Positions 38,007 through 48,033 of a stretch of DNA of 53,544 nucleotides are shown here, piece by piece. A model generated the notes under the pieces. The model searched no databases. It saw only the letters and a program-made list of their open reading frames with translations, and was not told the origin of the DNA. The position numbers and the translations under genes are program-made. The stretch is from Chryseobacterium gleum (GTDB lineage: Bacteria > Bacteroidota > Bacteroidia > Flavobacteriales_C > GCA-002722245). The DNA is taken from the NCBI GenBank assembly GCA_945871895.1, contig CAMBXP010000005.1:1-53544 (forward strand). Direction: 5' to 3'. Numbering within the stretch: position 1 is the stretch's first letter; each line of letters starts with the position of its first letter.

Positions 38007-38733
38007 ATCTTCCTCTCAGCACAAAATTCTGTCCGAGATAGACTTTACGCACCTGCTCATCGGCAGCCAATTCTTCTGCTGTGCCTGTCTTCAATATTTT
38101 ACCTTCAAAAAGCAGGTAAGCTCTATCGGTGATGTGCAATGTTTCTTGCACGTTATGGTCGGTAATTAAAATACCAATATTCTTGTCTTTTAAGCCATTT
38201 ACAATGTTTTGAATGTCTTCCACTGCAATTGGGTCAACGCCTGCAAAAGGTTCGTCTAACAAGATGAATTTAGGCTCAACGGTTAAACATCTTGCTATCT
38301 CTGTTCTGCGTTTTTCACCACCCGATAAAACCTCTCCTTTGTTCTTTCTTACTTTCTGCAAACCAAATTCATCTAACAAAGTTTCTAACTTAAACTGTTG
38401 TTCTTTTTTGGTGAGCTTGGTCATCTCTAAAATTGCTTTTAGATTGTCTTCCACCGTCATTTTTCTAAATACCGAAATTTCTTGCGGCAAATAACCAATA
38501 CCCATCTTGGCTCTTTTGTACATGGGTAGTTTGGTGATATTTAAATCATCTAAAAAAACATTGCCTGCGTCGGGACGAATGAAACCAACAATCATGTAAA
38601 ATGAAGTGGTTTTACCTGCTCCGTTCGGACCCAACAAACCTACAATCTCGCCTTGCTTCACCTCAACAGAAACATCGTTCACAACGGTTCTTCCTTTGTA
38701 AGTTTTAACTAGATTTCTTGTAGATAATATCAT
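38005..38733 (-). CDS. lptB: LPS export ABC transporter ATP-binding protein
   Basis: [47 protein letters not shown]. Confidence 0.96.
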   Translation of the reverse strand: MILSTRNLVKTYKGRTVVNDVSVEVKQGEIVGLLGPNGAGKTTSFYMIVGFIRPDAGNVFLDDLNITKLPMYKRAKMGIGYLPQEISVFRKMTVEDNLKAILEMTKLTKKEQQFKLETLLDEFGLQKVRKNKGEVLSGGEKRRTEIARCLTVEPKFILLDEPFAGVDPIAVEDIQNIVNGLKDKNIGILITDHNVQETLHITDRAYLLFEGKILKTGTAEELAADEQVRKVYLGQNFVLRGR

Positions 38734-38736
38734 GGT

Positions 38737-39597
38737 TTATGCTTCTTTTTCTTTTCTTCTTTGAATCATCGCCGATAGGAAGATACTAATTTCATACAAT
38801 AAGTAAAGAGGTATGCTTACTACAATCTGACTAAACACATCGGGTGGAGTGATGATGGCTGCGATGATTAAAATGACAACTATCGAATGTTTTCTAAATT
38901 TTCGCAAAAATTGCGGAGTGATTAAACCAATGCTTGATAACAGGTATATCACTATAGGAAGTTCAAAGGCTAAACCAGTAGCTAGTGTAGTGGATGCCAA
39001 CACACCCATATAAGAATTTAAGGTTGGCAATTTAACAATGTCTTTGTGCGCAGAGAAGGTTCCTAAGAAACTAATAGATAAGGGACTAATAATAAAATAG
39101 CCAAAACCTACACCCAATAGAAAAAGAACGGAAGTCCAAAACACAAAGCCCTTCGCTTTTTTAGCTTCCTTTTGATGCAAAGCTGGCTTAATAAATTTCC
39201 AAATTTGCCAAAATAAGTAAGGCGCCGATGCGATACAACCAAAAATAAACGCAACCAACATTACCGCCATAAAATCGCCACCCATGGTATTGGTGGTGAG
39301 TTGAAAAGGAAAAGATTCTATGCAGCCCGATTGTGGATCAACACCTAACCACGGCGCCACTGGACCAAGCCAATGTGATGCTTGGCACATCCACGCATAG
39401 GTAGGAAATGTTTTCACCTGCGTAGGCGCTAAAATTATCTTATCGAAAATTGCCTCTGAATAAACAAAAGCTACAACCGTAAAACCGCAGATGACTGCAA
39501 TAGAACGAACCAAAATCTTTCGAATCACCTCGAGGTGTTCTAAAAAACTCAAATTGTTTTGCTTGTGTTCGCTATTGGGTCCGCGTTCGTCTTCCAT
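38737..39597 (-). CDS. tatC: Twin-arginine translocase TatC
   Basis: SFLEHLE, WKFIKPAL, FELP, AAIITPPD, LYEISI. Confidence 0.95.
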   Translation of the reverse strand: MEDERGPNSEHKQNNLSFLEHLEVIRKILVRSIAVICGFTVVAFVYSEAIFDKIILAPTQVKTFPTYAWMCQASHWLGPVAPWLGVDPQSGCIESFPFQLTTNTMGGDFMAVMLVAFIFGCIASAPYLFWQIWKFIKPALHQKEAKKAKGFVFWTSVLFLLGVGFGYFIISPLSISFLGTFSAHKDIVKLPTLNSYMGVLASTTLATGLAFELPIVIYLLSSIGLITPQFLRKFRKHSIVVILIIAAIITPPDVFSQIVVSIPLYLLYEISIFLSAMIQRRKEKEA

Positions 39598-41141
39598 TAC
39601 AATTTACTCAGTGCGGTGCTAATGTCTACTTTTTCTCTAATGATTCTTTCCAATTGATCGATGGGCACTCGCTCTTGTTTCATCGTGTCGCGATCACGAA
39701 TAGTCACCATGTTGTCTACCAAAGTTTCGGGGTCAACAGTAATACAATACGGCGTACCATAAGCATCTTGTCTTCTGTAACGAATACCAATGTTTGGTTT
39801 TTCATCGTAGTGGCAATTGAAAGATAATTTCAATTTGCTCATTATTTCCTTCGCTTTTTCTGGCAAACCATCTTTGCTCATCAAAGGTAAAATGGCCACT
39901 TTGTAAGGAGCTAAAAACGGAGGCAAGCTTAACACAACTCTTGTAGTACCATCTTCCAAAGTTTCTTCTTTTAACGATGAAGAAAGGATAGATAAGAACA
40001 TTCTATCTAAACCAACAGATGTCTCCACTACATATGGAACGTAGCTTTCGTTGGTCTCTGGATCGAAATATTGCAATTTCTTTTTTGAAAATTCTTGGTG
40101 AGCTGTTAAATCGAAGTTGGTACGAGAGTGAATACCTTCCAGTTCTTTAAAGCCCATTGGGAAATTGAATTGAATATCGCTGGCCGCATCGGCATAATGT
40201 GCGGTTTTTAAATGATCTTGGTAACGGTAATCGTTTTCAGGGAATCCTAAAGCTCTGTGCCATTTGATACGCGCTGTTTTCCAGTATTCGTACCATTGTT
40301 TTTGCTCGCCTGGTTTTACAAAAAACTGCATCTCCATTTGTTCGAACTCACGCATTCTAAAGATGAACTGACGCGCTACGATTTCATTTCGAAATGCTTT
40401 ACCTATTTGCGCAATACCAAAAGGAATTTTCATTCTTCCGGTTTTTTGCACGTTGAGGTAATTCACGAAAATACCTTGCGCTGTTTCTGGACGCAAATAT
40501 ATTTTGTTGGCACCTTCAGCCAATGAACCAATTTCAGTAGCAAACATAAGGTTGAACTGGCGCACTTCAGTCCAGTTTTTAGAACCGCTAACCGGACAAA
40601 CAATTTCCAAATCAACAATGATTTGTTTCATTTCATCCATGTTGGAGTCTTCCAATGCTTTTTTGAAACGAGCATTGATTTCATCAATTTTCTTTTGGTA
40701 TTCCAACACCCTTGCATTGGTAGCTACAAATTGTTTTTCGTCGAAAGCATCGCCAAAACGCTCTTTTGCTTTGCTAACTTCTTTTTCAATTTTAGCTTCT
40801 AATTTATTGGCAATGTATTCTTCAATCAACACATCGGCGCGGTATCTCTTTTTAGAATCTTTGTTGTCAATCAATGGGTCGTTGAAAGCATCAACGTGGC
40901 CCGAAGCCTTCCATGTAGTAGGATGCATAAAAATTGCGGCATCAATACCCACAATATTTTCGTGCATTTGCACCATGGCTTTCCACCAGTATTCTTTAAT
41001 GTTGAATTTCAATTCAGAACCAAGCTGACCGTAGTCGTACACTGCGCTTAATCCATCGTAAATTTCGCTTGAAGGGAATACAAAACCATATTCTTTAGCG
41101 TGCGAAATAATCGTTTTTAATTTGTCTTCGTTTGTTGCCAT
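39597..41141 (-). CDS. glyQS: Glycine--tRNA ligase (alpha2 type)
   Basis: WKASGHVDAFNDP, LRPETAQGIF, FRNEI..FRMREFEQME, ELEGIHSR, anticodon-binding domain. Confidence 0.96.
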   Translation of the reverse strand: MATNEDKLKTIISHAKEYGFVFPSSEIYDGLSAVYDYGQLGSELKFNIKEYWWKAMVQMHENIVGIDAAIFMHPTTWKASGHVDAFNDPLIDNKDSKKRYRADVLIEEYIANKLEAKIEKEVSKAKERFGDAFDEKQFVATNARVLEYQKKIDEINARFKKALEDSNMDEMKQIIVDLEIVCPVSGSKNWTEVRQFNLMFATEIGSLAEGANKIYLRPETAQGIFVNYLNVQKTGRMKIPFGIAQIGKAFRNEIVARQFIFRMREFEQMEMQFFVKPGEQKQWYEYWKTARIKWHRALGFPENDYRYQDHLKTAHYADAASDIQFNFPMGFKELEGIHSRTNFDLTAHQEFSKKKLQYFDPETNESYVPYVVETSVGLDRMFLSILSSSLKEETLEDGTTRVVLSLPPFLAPYKVAILPLMSKDGLPEKAKEIMSKLKLSFNCHYDEKPNIGIRYRRQDAYGTPYCITVDPETLVDNMVTIRDRDTMKQERVPIDQLERIIREKVDISTALSKL

Positions 41142-41344
41142 GGCGCGAATTTAAGAAATAACCCTCCGTTTTAAATTCATATTTTGAAAAATTAATGAAT
41201 AATTAAAAATTTCTTTGTCGGCTACCTCCCAATTTTGTGTGTTCACCGCCCCAATAATTTTATTCACGGAAACGAATTGCTAATTCTATTGTATCGACAA
41301 CTATTTTCAACTACATTTGGGCACATTTTAAAATTAAAGTTTGT

Positions 41345-42016
41345 ATGGAAAGTCAGGAATTCGATTTGTATCGCAGAACCACCGAGGTGTACATGACTAA
41401 AGGAATCAAAAACATGACCATGGACGACATGGCGAAGGAATTGAAGGTTTCCAAAAAAACTTTGTACAAATACGTGAGAAATCGGCCCGAATTGGTTTCT
41501 AAATCAATGAAATGGAGATTAGATTTTGACACAAAGGTTTTAACAGCCATTCTTGAAAGAAATTTAGGTGCAGTAGAAGAACTTTGGGAATTGAGTTCAT
41601 ATCATATCGGACACTTAAAAATGATGCATCCTTCGTTGCATCATGATTTGGCGAAGTATTATAGAGAGGCGTGGTTGATGTTTAGCGATTTCACAAAAAC
41701 CGGATACTTATATCAAACCACCATCAACAATATTAAGAAAGGCATCTCACAAGGCTTGTACAGAAATGATTTTGATGCAGAAGTGATTGCAAAATTGTAT
41801 TTGAGCAAAATCGACATGGTGTTCGATTCTTCAGTTTTTCCGGCAACAAATTATAATTTCGGCGAGGTGTGCAGAGAAATGGTAAAATATCATGTGAATG
41901 GCATGGCGACAGAAAAAGGAAGAGTAGAGATTGCCAAGTTTTGGAGCAATAACAAAAGCGAACCAGGCTTTAGTAAAGCCAATCAACAAATAGTAGAAAA
42001 TCTTTTAAGCATCTAA
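41345..42016 (+). CDS. TetR/AcrR-family transcriptional regulator
   Basis: GIKNMTMDDMAKELKVSKKTLYKY helix-turn-helix; TACATTTG box at 41312-41319. Confidence 0.92.
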   Translation: MESQEFDLYRRTTEVYMTKGIKNMTMDDMAKELKVSKKTLYKYVRNRPELVSKSMKWRLDFDTKVLTAILERNLGAVEELWELSSYHIGHLKMMHPSLHHDLAKYYREAWLMFSDFTKTGYLYQTTINNIKKGISQGLYRNDFDAEVIAKLYLSKIDMVFDSSVFPATNYNFGEVCREMVKYHVNGMATEKGRVEIAKFWSNNKSEPGFSKANQQIVENLLSI

Positions 42017-42033
42017 TATAATTTAACTAAACA

Positions 42034-43356
42034 ATGAAAAGAGTAGTAACAGCAATTTTGCTTGGTATTGCGCTGGGAAGCAATGCACAAAACGCCTATA
42101 CCTTACAGGCGGCAGTTGATTACGCTTTGGCGAACAATGGAACTCACCAAAATGTAATTCTAGATCAGCAATTGGCTGATATGAAAAGAAAGGAAATTAG
42201 AGGAATAGGCTTGCCACAAATTGGGGGTAGTGCCGATATGAATAACTTCTTGAATATTCCAACGAGTGTTATACCGGCTCAAGCATTTAATCCTATGGCA
42301 CCGGCTGATATGTTTGTGCCTGTTCGTTTTGGTATTCAATACAATGCGTCTGCTGGCATCACCATTTCTCAAATACTTTTCAGCAGCGATTATATTGTGG
42401 CTTTGCAAGCATCTAAGGCTTACGTTGACTTGTCGCAAATGAACGTAAATCGTTCTAAAGTAGAGACTACTGTTAATGTAAGTAAAGCGTATTACAATGT
42501 TTTGGTATCGAAAGAACGTGCGAAATTTATCGATCTCCAGATTGTAAGAGTGAAGAAGCTGAAAGACGATATTCAAACGATGCATGAAAATGGTGTGGTA
42601 GAAAAACTCGACTTAGATCGTGTTACTTTGGCTTACAACAATTTGGTTACCGAGAAAGAAAAAATAAGCAAAATGGTAAGTCTTACCGAATACCTATTGA
42701 AGTTTCAAATGGGAGCTAATATGGCGGAGCCCATTACTTTAAGCGATTCTCTGGTGAAAGCCGATAACATCGCTATCGACAACACCACCAAAGCCAATTA
42801 TACTGCTCGTTATGATTATAATATGCTTGAAATGCAATTGAAGCTAAATAAGCTTGATTTAAAAAGATATAAAATGTCGTGGATGCCTACTTTGGCTGCT
42901 TTTGGAACGCATAACGAAACTGCGTACAGAACAAAAGCCAATTTCTTGGCCAACGAAGAATGGTATCCAACAACATTGGTGGGTTTAAAAATGACTGTTC
43001 CTATTTGGGATGGCGGACAAACTTACTTTAAAAGACAAGCTGCAAAATTAGAAGTTGCCAAAACACAAAACACACTTAAAATGATGGAAAGTGTAATCGA
43101 TTTAGAATTGGTGGCTTCGCAATCATCATACAACAATGCAGTGCTGACTTTAGGAACACAAGAAAAAAATATTCAGTTGGCCGAAGAAGTATACTCTGTA
43201 TCAAAAACCAAATACGAGCAAGGCTTGGCTACCATCAACGATGTAATTGATGCAGAAACATCATTGAAAGAATCACAAATCAATTATTACGACGCTTTGT
43301 ACCAATACCACATCGCTAAAATTGATTACCAAAAAGCAACTGGCGCAATTAAATAA
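42034..43356 (+). CDS. TolC-family outer-membrane efflux protein
   Basis: Signal peptide; LPQIGG, VSKAYY, MPTLAAF, VPIWDGG, KYEQG. Confidence 0.92.
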   Translation: MKRVVTAILLGIALGSNAQNAYTLQAAVDYALANNGTHQNVILDQQLADMKRKEIRGIGLPQIGGSADMNNFLNIPTSVIPAQAFNPMAPADMFVPVRFGIQYNASAGITISQILFSSDYIVALQASKAYVDLSQMNVNRSKVETTVNVSKAYYNVLVSKERAKFIDLQIVRVKKLKDDIQTMHENGVVEKLDLDRVTLAYNNLVTEKEKISKMVSLTEYLLKFQMGANMAEPITLSDSLVKADNIAIDNTTKANYTARYDYNMLEMQLKLNKLDLKRYKMSWMPTLAAFGTHNETAYRTKANFLANEEWYPTTLVGLKMTVPIWDGGQTYFKRQAAKLEVAKTQNTLKMMESVIDLELVASQSSYNNAVLTLGTQEKNIQLAEEVYSVSKTKYEQGLATINDVIDAETSLKESQINYYDALYQYHIAKIDYQKATGAIK

Positions 43357-43385
43357 TAAACCAAGAAATCTAACATCAATATACA

Positions 43386-44501
43386 ATGAAAAAAATTACT
43401 ACTCTTTTCTTAGCTGCTACGATTTTAGCAAGCTGTGGAGAACCTGATAAACAAGCACAATTGGCAGATTTGAAAAAACAATTGGCCGAAATCAATACAC
43501 AAATTAAAACTTTAGAAACCGAACTTGCTGCCAATGGTGGTGACTCTGCCAATGCAGAAACAGGCAAATCGGTTGTTGTGCAAGTTTTACAAAACCAATT
43601 GTTCCAGCATTTTGTTGAGGTACAAGGTAAAATTGAAGCTGAAGAAAATGTAGCGGTAAGCGCAGAAATGCCTGGTGTTGTTACCAAAGTTTATGTAAAA
43701 GTAGGCGATATGGTAAGTAAAGGTCAGCCTTTGGCAGAACTAAACAATAAAGCTATTGCACAACAAATTGTAGCCTTGAATACACAATTGGAATTTGTTA
43801 AAACAGCTTTCGAAAAGCAAAAAGCATTGTGGGATAAAAAAATTGGAACAGAGATTCAATACCTTCAAGCTAAATCTCAAAAAGAAGCATTGGAAAGTCA
43901 GTTGGCTTCTCTTAAAGCACAAGGTCAAATGGCTGTTATTTCATCACCAATCAATGGTGTGGTAGATAACGTTACTGCTAAAGTGGGCCAAATGGCGGCG
44001 CCAGGTTATGCAGCGTTTACTGTAGTTAACCTTTCTTCTTTGAAAGTTAAAGGTGAAGTTCCAGAAAGTTATGCATCTAAGGTGAAAGCAGGAAGCGATG
44101 TGGTGTTGTTCTTTCCTGATATCAACAAAGAAGTTTTGGCAAAAGTGGCATATTCTGCCAAAGTAATTAATGAGTTATCGAGAACTTTTGCTGTTGAAGT
44201 AAATCTTCCTGCCGATAACAATGAGTACAGTCCTAATATGATTGCCCTTTTAAAAGTAGTAGATTACAAATCGGATAGCGCTGTTGTGGTGCCTACAGAT
44301 GTTGTGCAACGTGCCGAAACAACTTCATTTGTATTGGTTGCGGTGAAAGAAAAAGGAAGCAATGTTGTTAAAAAACGATTGGTTGAAGTGGGCAGCAGCT
44401 ACAATGGTAATACCGAAATATTGAAAGGTTTGGTTGCTGGAGATGTGGTGATTACCAAGGGCTACCAAAATGTAAATGAAGGAGACGCTATTCAATTTTA
44501 G
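43386..44501 (+). CDS. RND efflux periplasmic adaptor lipoprotein
   Basis: Lipobox LASC; VKVGDMVSKGQPLA, SPINGVV, GLVAGD. Confidence 0.92.
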   Translation: MKKITTLFLAATILASCGEPDKQAQLADLKKQLAEINTQIKTLETELAANGGDSANAETGKSVVVQVLQNQLFQHFVEVQGKIEAEENVAVSAEMPGVVTKVYVKVGDMVSKGQPLAELNNKAIAQQIVALNTQLEFVKTAFEKQKALWDKKIGTEIQYLQAKSQKEALESQLASLKAQGQMAVISSPINGVVDNVTAKVGQMAAPGYAAFTVVNLSSLKVKGEVPESYASKVKAGSDVVLFFPDINKEVLAKVAYSAKVINELSRTFAVEVNLPADNNEYSPNMIALLKVVDYKSDSAVVVPTDVVQRAETTSFVLVAVKEKGSNVVKKRLVEVGSSYNGNTEILKGLVAGDVVITKGYQNVNEGDAIQF

Positions 44502-44523
44502 AAAGAAAGTATAATTCTATTTT

Positions 44524-47500
44524 ATGGAAAAGAAATTTAAAGAGTTCGGCCCCACGAGTTGGTCGATAGATAATAAAACTGCAATTTATTTGCTCACCGT
44601 TTTTATAACGTTGGCAGGTATTTTAGCTTACAATGCGCTACCAAAGGAGAAGTTTCCCGATATCGTACTTCCGCAAATTTCGGTGGTTACAGTTTATCCG
44701 GGTGCTGCGCCTAAAAACGTTGAGAATTTGGTGACTAAACCTATCGAAAAGAAATTGAAAGGGATCACTGGGGTGAAAAAAATCACCAGTAACTCTGTTC
44801 AAGGTTTGTCTTTTATCATGGTAGAATTTAATTCTGATCAAGATGTTTCTAAAGCCAAGCAGGCCGTAAAAGATAAGGTTGATGAGGCTGAAGCTGATTT
44901 GCCTCCATCGCCTAACGAGATTGTAGCTCCGCCAAGAGTTGCAGAAATTGAGTTCTCTGAAATGCCCATCTTATTTGTGAATGTATCGGGCGACTACAGT
45001 TTAGATCAATTAAAAAGATATGCCGATGATTTAAAAGATAAAATTGAAGGCTTGAAAGAAATCAAGAGAGTTGATTTAGTAGGTGCACTTGATCGTGAAA
45101 TTCAAATTGATGTTGATGTTTATAAAATGGAGGCCGCTCAAATATCTTTTAATGATATTGAAATGGAGGTGGCATACGAAAACAAAACCATTCCGGCAGG
45201 TAACATTTCGGTAAATGAAATGAGCCGCTCTGTAAGTGTTACAGGCGATTTCACTACCGTTGAAAAAATGAATAATTTGATTGTTACTTCTGGTCCGGGT
45301 AAATCGGTTTATTTAAGAGATATTGCCACAATAAAAGACGGACACAAAGAACAAGAAAGTTTTGGTCGTCATGATGGTAAGAATGTAATTACTTTGAATA
45401 TCGTTAAAAGATCAGGTGAAAATTTAATTGAATCTTCTGATAAAATTCGTGAAATTGTTGATGAGCTTGAAGCCACCGAATTTCCTGAAAATTTAGTAGT
45501 TGAAATCACTGGTGACCAATCGGAAGAAACAAGAATCACTTTGCATGATTTGATCAATACCATCATCATTGGTTTCATCTTGGTAACCGTCATTTTGATG
45601 TTCTTTATGGGTGCTACCAACGCTATGTTTGTTGGTTTATCTGTTCCTCTTTCAATGTTCATCGCCTTCTTGGTTTTATCGGGAATTGGCTATTCTATGA
45701 ATATGATTGTATTGTTCGCCTTCTTGCTCGGTTTGGGTATTGTGGTGGATGATGCGATTGTGGTGGTAGAAAATACACATCGTATTTACGACAACGGCAA
45801 AATGCCTATTAAGCAAGCTGCTAAATATGCTGCTGGTGAGGTTTTCTTGCCTGTATTATCAGGTACAGCAACAACACTCGCTCCTTTCGTTCCGCTTGCT
45901 TTTTGGAGTGGTATGATGGGTGAGTTTATGAAGTATTTGCCTGTTACTTTAATCATCACTTTAACAGCATCTTTAATTGTTGCTTATATCATGAATCCTG
46001 TGTTTGCAGTAGATTTTATGAAACCGCACGAAGAAGTAGACCAAGCAAAACGCAAAAAAAGAATTCGTTTGGTTTCTGTATTCTTAATTGTATTTGCTGT
46101 TCTTTTTCACTTGGGTGATATGGGCTCTGGCTCACAAACACACGGTGCTAGAGGTATTGGAAATTTCATGATTTTGATGTTGTTGGTGTACTTATTCTAC
46201 CAATTTGTATTGGAAAAAATGATTAAAAAATTCCAAGAAAAAACATGGCCTGCCATGCAAGATCGCTACGCGCGCTTCTTAGACAGAGTATTGAAGCGTC
46301 CGCGTCAGATATTATTTGGAACTATTGGTTTACTTTTCATCTCTATTATGGCTGTGGCTCTTCGTGCGCCAAAAGTAGAGTTCTTTCCAACAGCCGATCC
46401 TAACTTTATCTACGTTTATGTTAGTTTACCAGTTGGTACCGATGTTCAGTATACCGATTCTATTACCAAAGTGGTAGAGAAACGTGTAATGAAAGTAATG
46501 CAAAACGATACCGATTTAGTAGAATCTATCATGGCGAACGTGGCGGTGGGTGCTTCTGAAGATCAATTCGACGTAAGTTCTCAATCGCACAAAGGAAAAG
46601 TTGGTGTTGCCTTCGTTAAATTTGGTGAGCGCGATGGAAAATCTACCGCTGTTTTCATGGATAAAATTCGTGAAGAAGTTAAAGGAATACCTGGTACCGA
46701 AATCACTGTGGCACAAGAGGCCAATGGTCCGCCAGTTGGTAAACCAATTAGTATTGAAATTACAGGTGATAGATTTGAAGATTTAATGGCTGCATCTAGT
46801 GCCTTAAAACGCTATTTGGATTCTGTAAATGTACCAGGTGTTGAAGAATTGAAAACCGATTTAATTAGCAGTAAACCAGAGATTTCTTTTGTGGTTGACC
46901 GCGAGCGGTCAAATAGAGAGGGTATTAAAACCGGTGCCATTGGTACGGATTTAAGAACGGCCATCGCAGGAAAACAAATTTCTCGTTTCAAAGATGCCAA
47001 TGAAGATTATCCAATTATGTTGCGTTTGCAAGATGATCAACGCAAGAACATGGATGTGTTGAGCAACATGAAAGTGACTTATCGCGATATGGCTAAAATG
47101 GGTATGATTCGTCAGGTTCCTATGTCGGCTTTCGCAGATATCAGCTACAATACAACTTACGGCGGTATCAAAAGAAAGAACCAAAAACGGGTGGTTACTT
47201 TGGGTTCTAACGTGTTGAATGATTTCAATCCAAATGAAGTTGTAGCGCAACTTCAAGCTGCTGCAGCCGGATTTAAAGTGCCAGATGGTGTAGAAATTAA
47301 TTATACCGGCCAGCAAGAGGAGCAAGCAGAACAAATGGGCTTCTTGTCTACTGCGCTATTAATTTCAATTGGTATCATCTTATTGATTTTGATTATTCAG
47401 TTCAACTCTATCAGTAAAACGTTAATCATCTTATCAGAAATCTTGTTGAGTATCATTGGTGTATTGTTAGGTTTGGCGATTACAGGTATGAATTTCTCAA

Positions 47501-47925
47501 TTATCATGACGATGGTGGGTATTGTTGCTCTAGCTGGTATCGTAGTTCGAAACGGTATCTTACTCGTTGAGTTTATCGACATTTTAGTGGAAGAAGGAAA
47601 ACCAGTGCGCGAAGCAGTTATTGAAGCGGGTAGAATTCGTATGACTCCGGTTATACTTACGGCAACAGCAACCATCTTAGGAATGATTCCTTTGGCTGTT
47701 GGTTTCAACATCGATTTCGTAACGATGTTTACCGAGCTAAATCCGCACATCTACTTTGGTGGTGATAGTGTTGCTTTCTGGGGACCATTGGCATGGACGA
47801 TAGTGTTTGGTTTAGCTTTCGCTACTTTCCTTACATTAATATTGGTTCCGGCGATGTATTACCTTGCCTATTTAACTAAAGAAAGAGTAAGAGGTTGGAG
47901 AAAAAAACCAGCTAGTTCTCACTAG
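44524..47925 (+). CDS. AcrB-family RND efflux permease
   Basis: LPKEKFPDI, GIVVDDAIVVVEN, GIVVRNGILLVEF, RMTPVILTA. Confidence 0.93.
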   Translation: MEKKFKEFGPTSWSIDNKTAIYLLTVFITLAGILAYNALPKEKFPDIVLPQISVVTVYPGAAPKNVENLVTKPIEKKLKGITGVKKITSNSVQGLSFIMVEFNSDQDVSKAKQAVKDKVDEAEADLPPSPNEIVAPPRVAEIEFSEMPILFVNVSGDYSLDQLKRYADDLKDKIEGLKEIKRVDLVGALDREIQIDVDVYKMEAAQISFNDIEMEVAYENKTIPAGNISVNEMSRSVSVTGDFTTVEKMNNLIVTSGPGKSVYLRDIATIKDGHKEQESFGRHDGKNVITLNIVKRSGENLIESSDKIREIVDELEATEFPENLVVEITGDQSEETRITLHDLINTIIIGFILVTVILMFFMGATNAMFVGLSVPLSMFIAFLVLSGIGYSMNMIVLFAFLLGLGIVVDDAIVVVENTHRIYDNGKMPIKQAAKYAAGEVFLPVLSGTATTLAPFVPLAFWSGMMGEFMKYLPVTLIITLTASLIVAYIMNPVFAVDFMKPHEEVDQAKRKKRIRLVSVFLIVFAVLFHLGDMGSGSQTHGARGIGNFMILMLLVYLFYQFVLEKMIKKFQEKTWPAMQDRYARFLDRVLKRPRQILFGTIGLLFISIMAVALRAPKVEFFPTADPNFIYVYVSLPVGTDVQYTDSITKVVEKRVMKVMQNDTDLVESIMANVAVGASEDQFDVSSQSHKGKVGVAFVKFGERDGKSTAVFMDKIREEVKGIPGTEITVAQEANGPPVGKPISIEITGDRFEDLMAASSALKRYLDSVNVPGVEELKTDLISSKPEISFVVDRERSNREGIKTGAIGTDLRTAIAGKQISRFKDANEDYPIMLRLQDDQRKNMDVLSNMKVTYRDMAKMGMIRQVPMSAFADISYNTTYGGIKRKNQKRVVTLGSNVLNDFNPNEVVAQLQAAAAGFKVPDGVEINYTGQQEEQAEQMGFLSTALLISIGIILLILIIQFNSISKTLIILSEILLSIIGVLLGLAITGMNFSIIMTMVGIVALAGIVVRNGILLVEFIDILVEEGKPVREAVIEAGRIRMTPVILTATATILGMIPLAVGFNIDFVTMFTELNPHIYFGGDSVAFWGPLAWTIVFGLAFATFLTLILVPAMYYLAYLTKERVRGWRKKPASSH

Positions 47926-47944
47926 GAAGGGAATAATAAAATGA

Positions 47945-47979
47945 AAAAATCCTGGAACTTAGAACATTCCGGGATTTTT
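47945..47979 (+). terminator. Intrinsic terminator after the RND operon
   Basis: AAAAATCCTGGAA-loop-TTCCGGGATTTTT. Confidence 0.75.
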
Positions 47980-47980
47980 G

Positions 47981-48011
47981 TTTGACTTCCCCCCGTTTTA
48001 TACTATTTTTG
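47981..48011 (+). promoter_or_regulatory. Bacteroidota housekeeping promoter for dxs
   Basis: TTTG (47981-47984), 19-nt spacer, TATTTTTG (48004-48011). Confidence 0.7.
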
Positions 48012-48033
48012 CAACACAAGCGTTGGCGCATAC

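Noticed and set aside
2266-39597. Separation of tatA from tatC, and lptB without other lpt genes
   Set aside because: Dispersed tat and lpt genes are ordinary in Bacteroidota.
41345-47925. TetR-TolC-MFP-RND operon as a novelty
   Set aside because: A standard Bacteroidota efflux operon with no unusual architecture.
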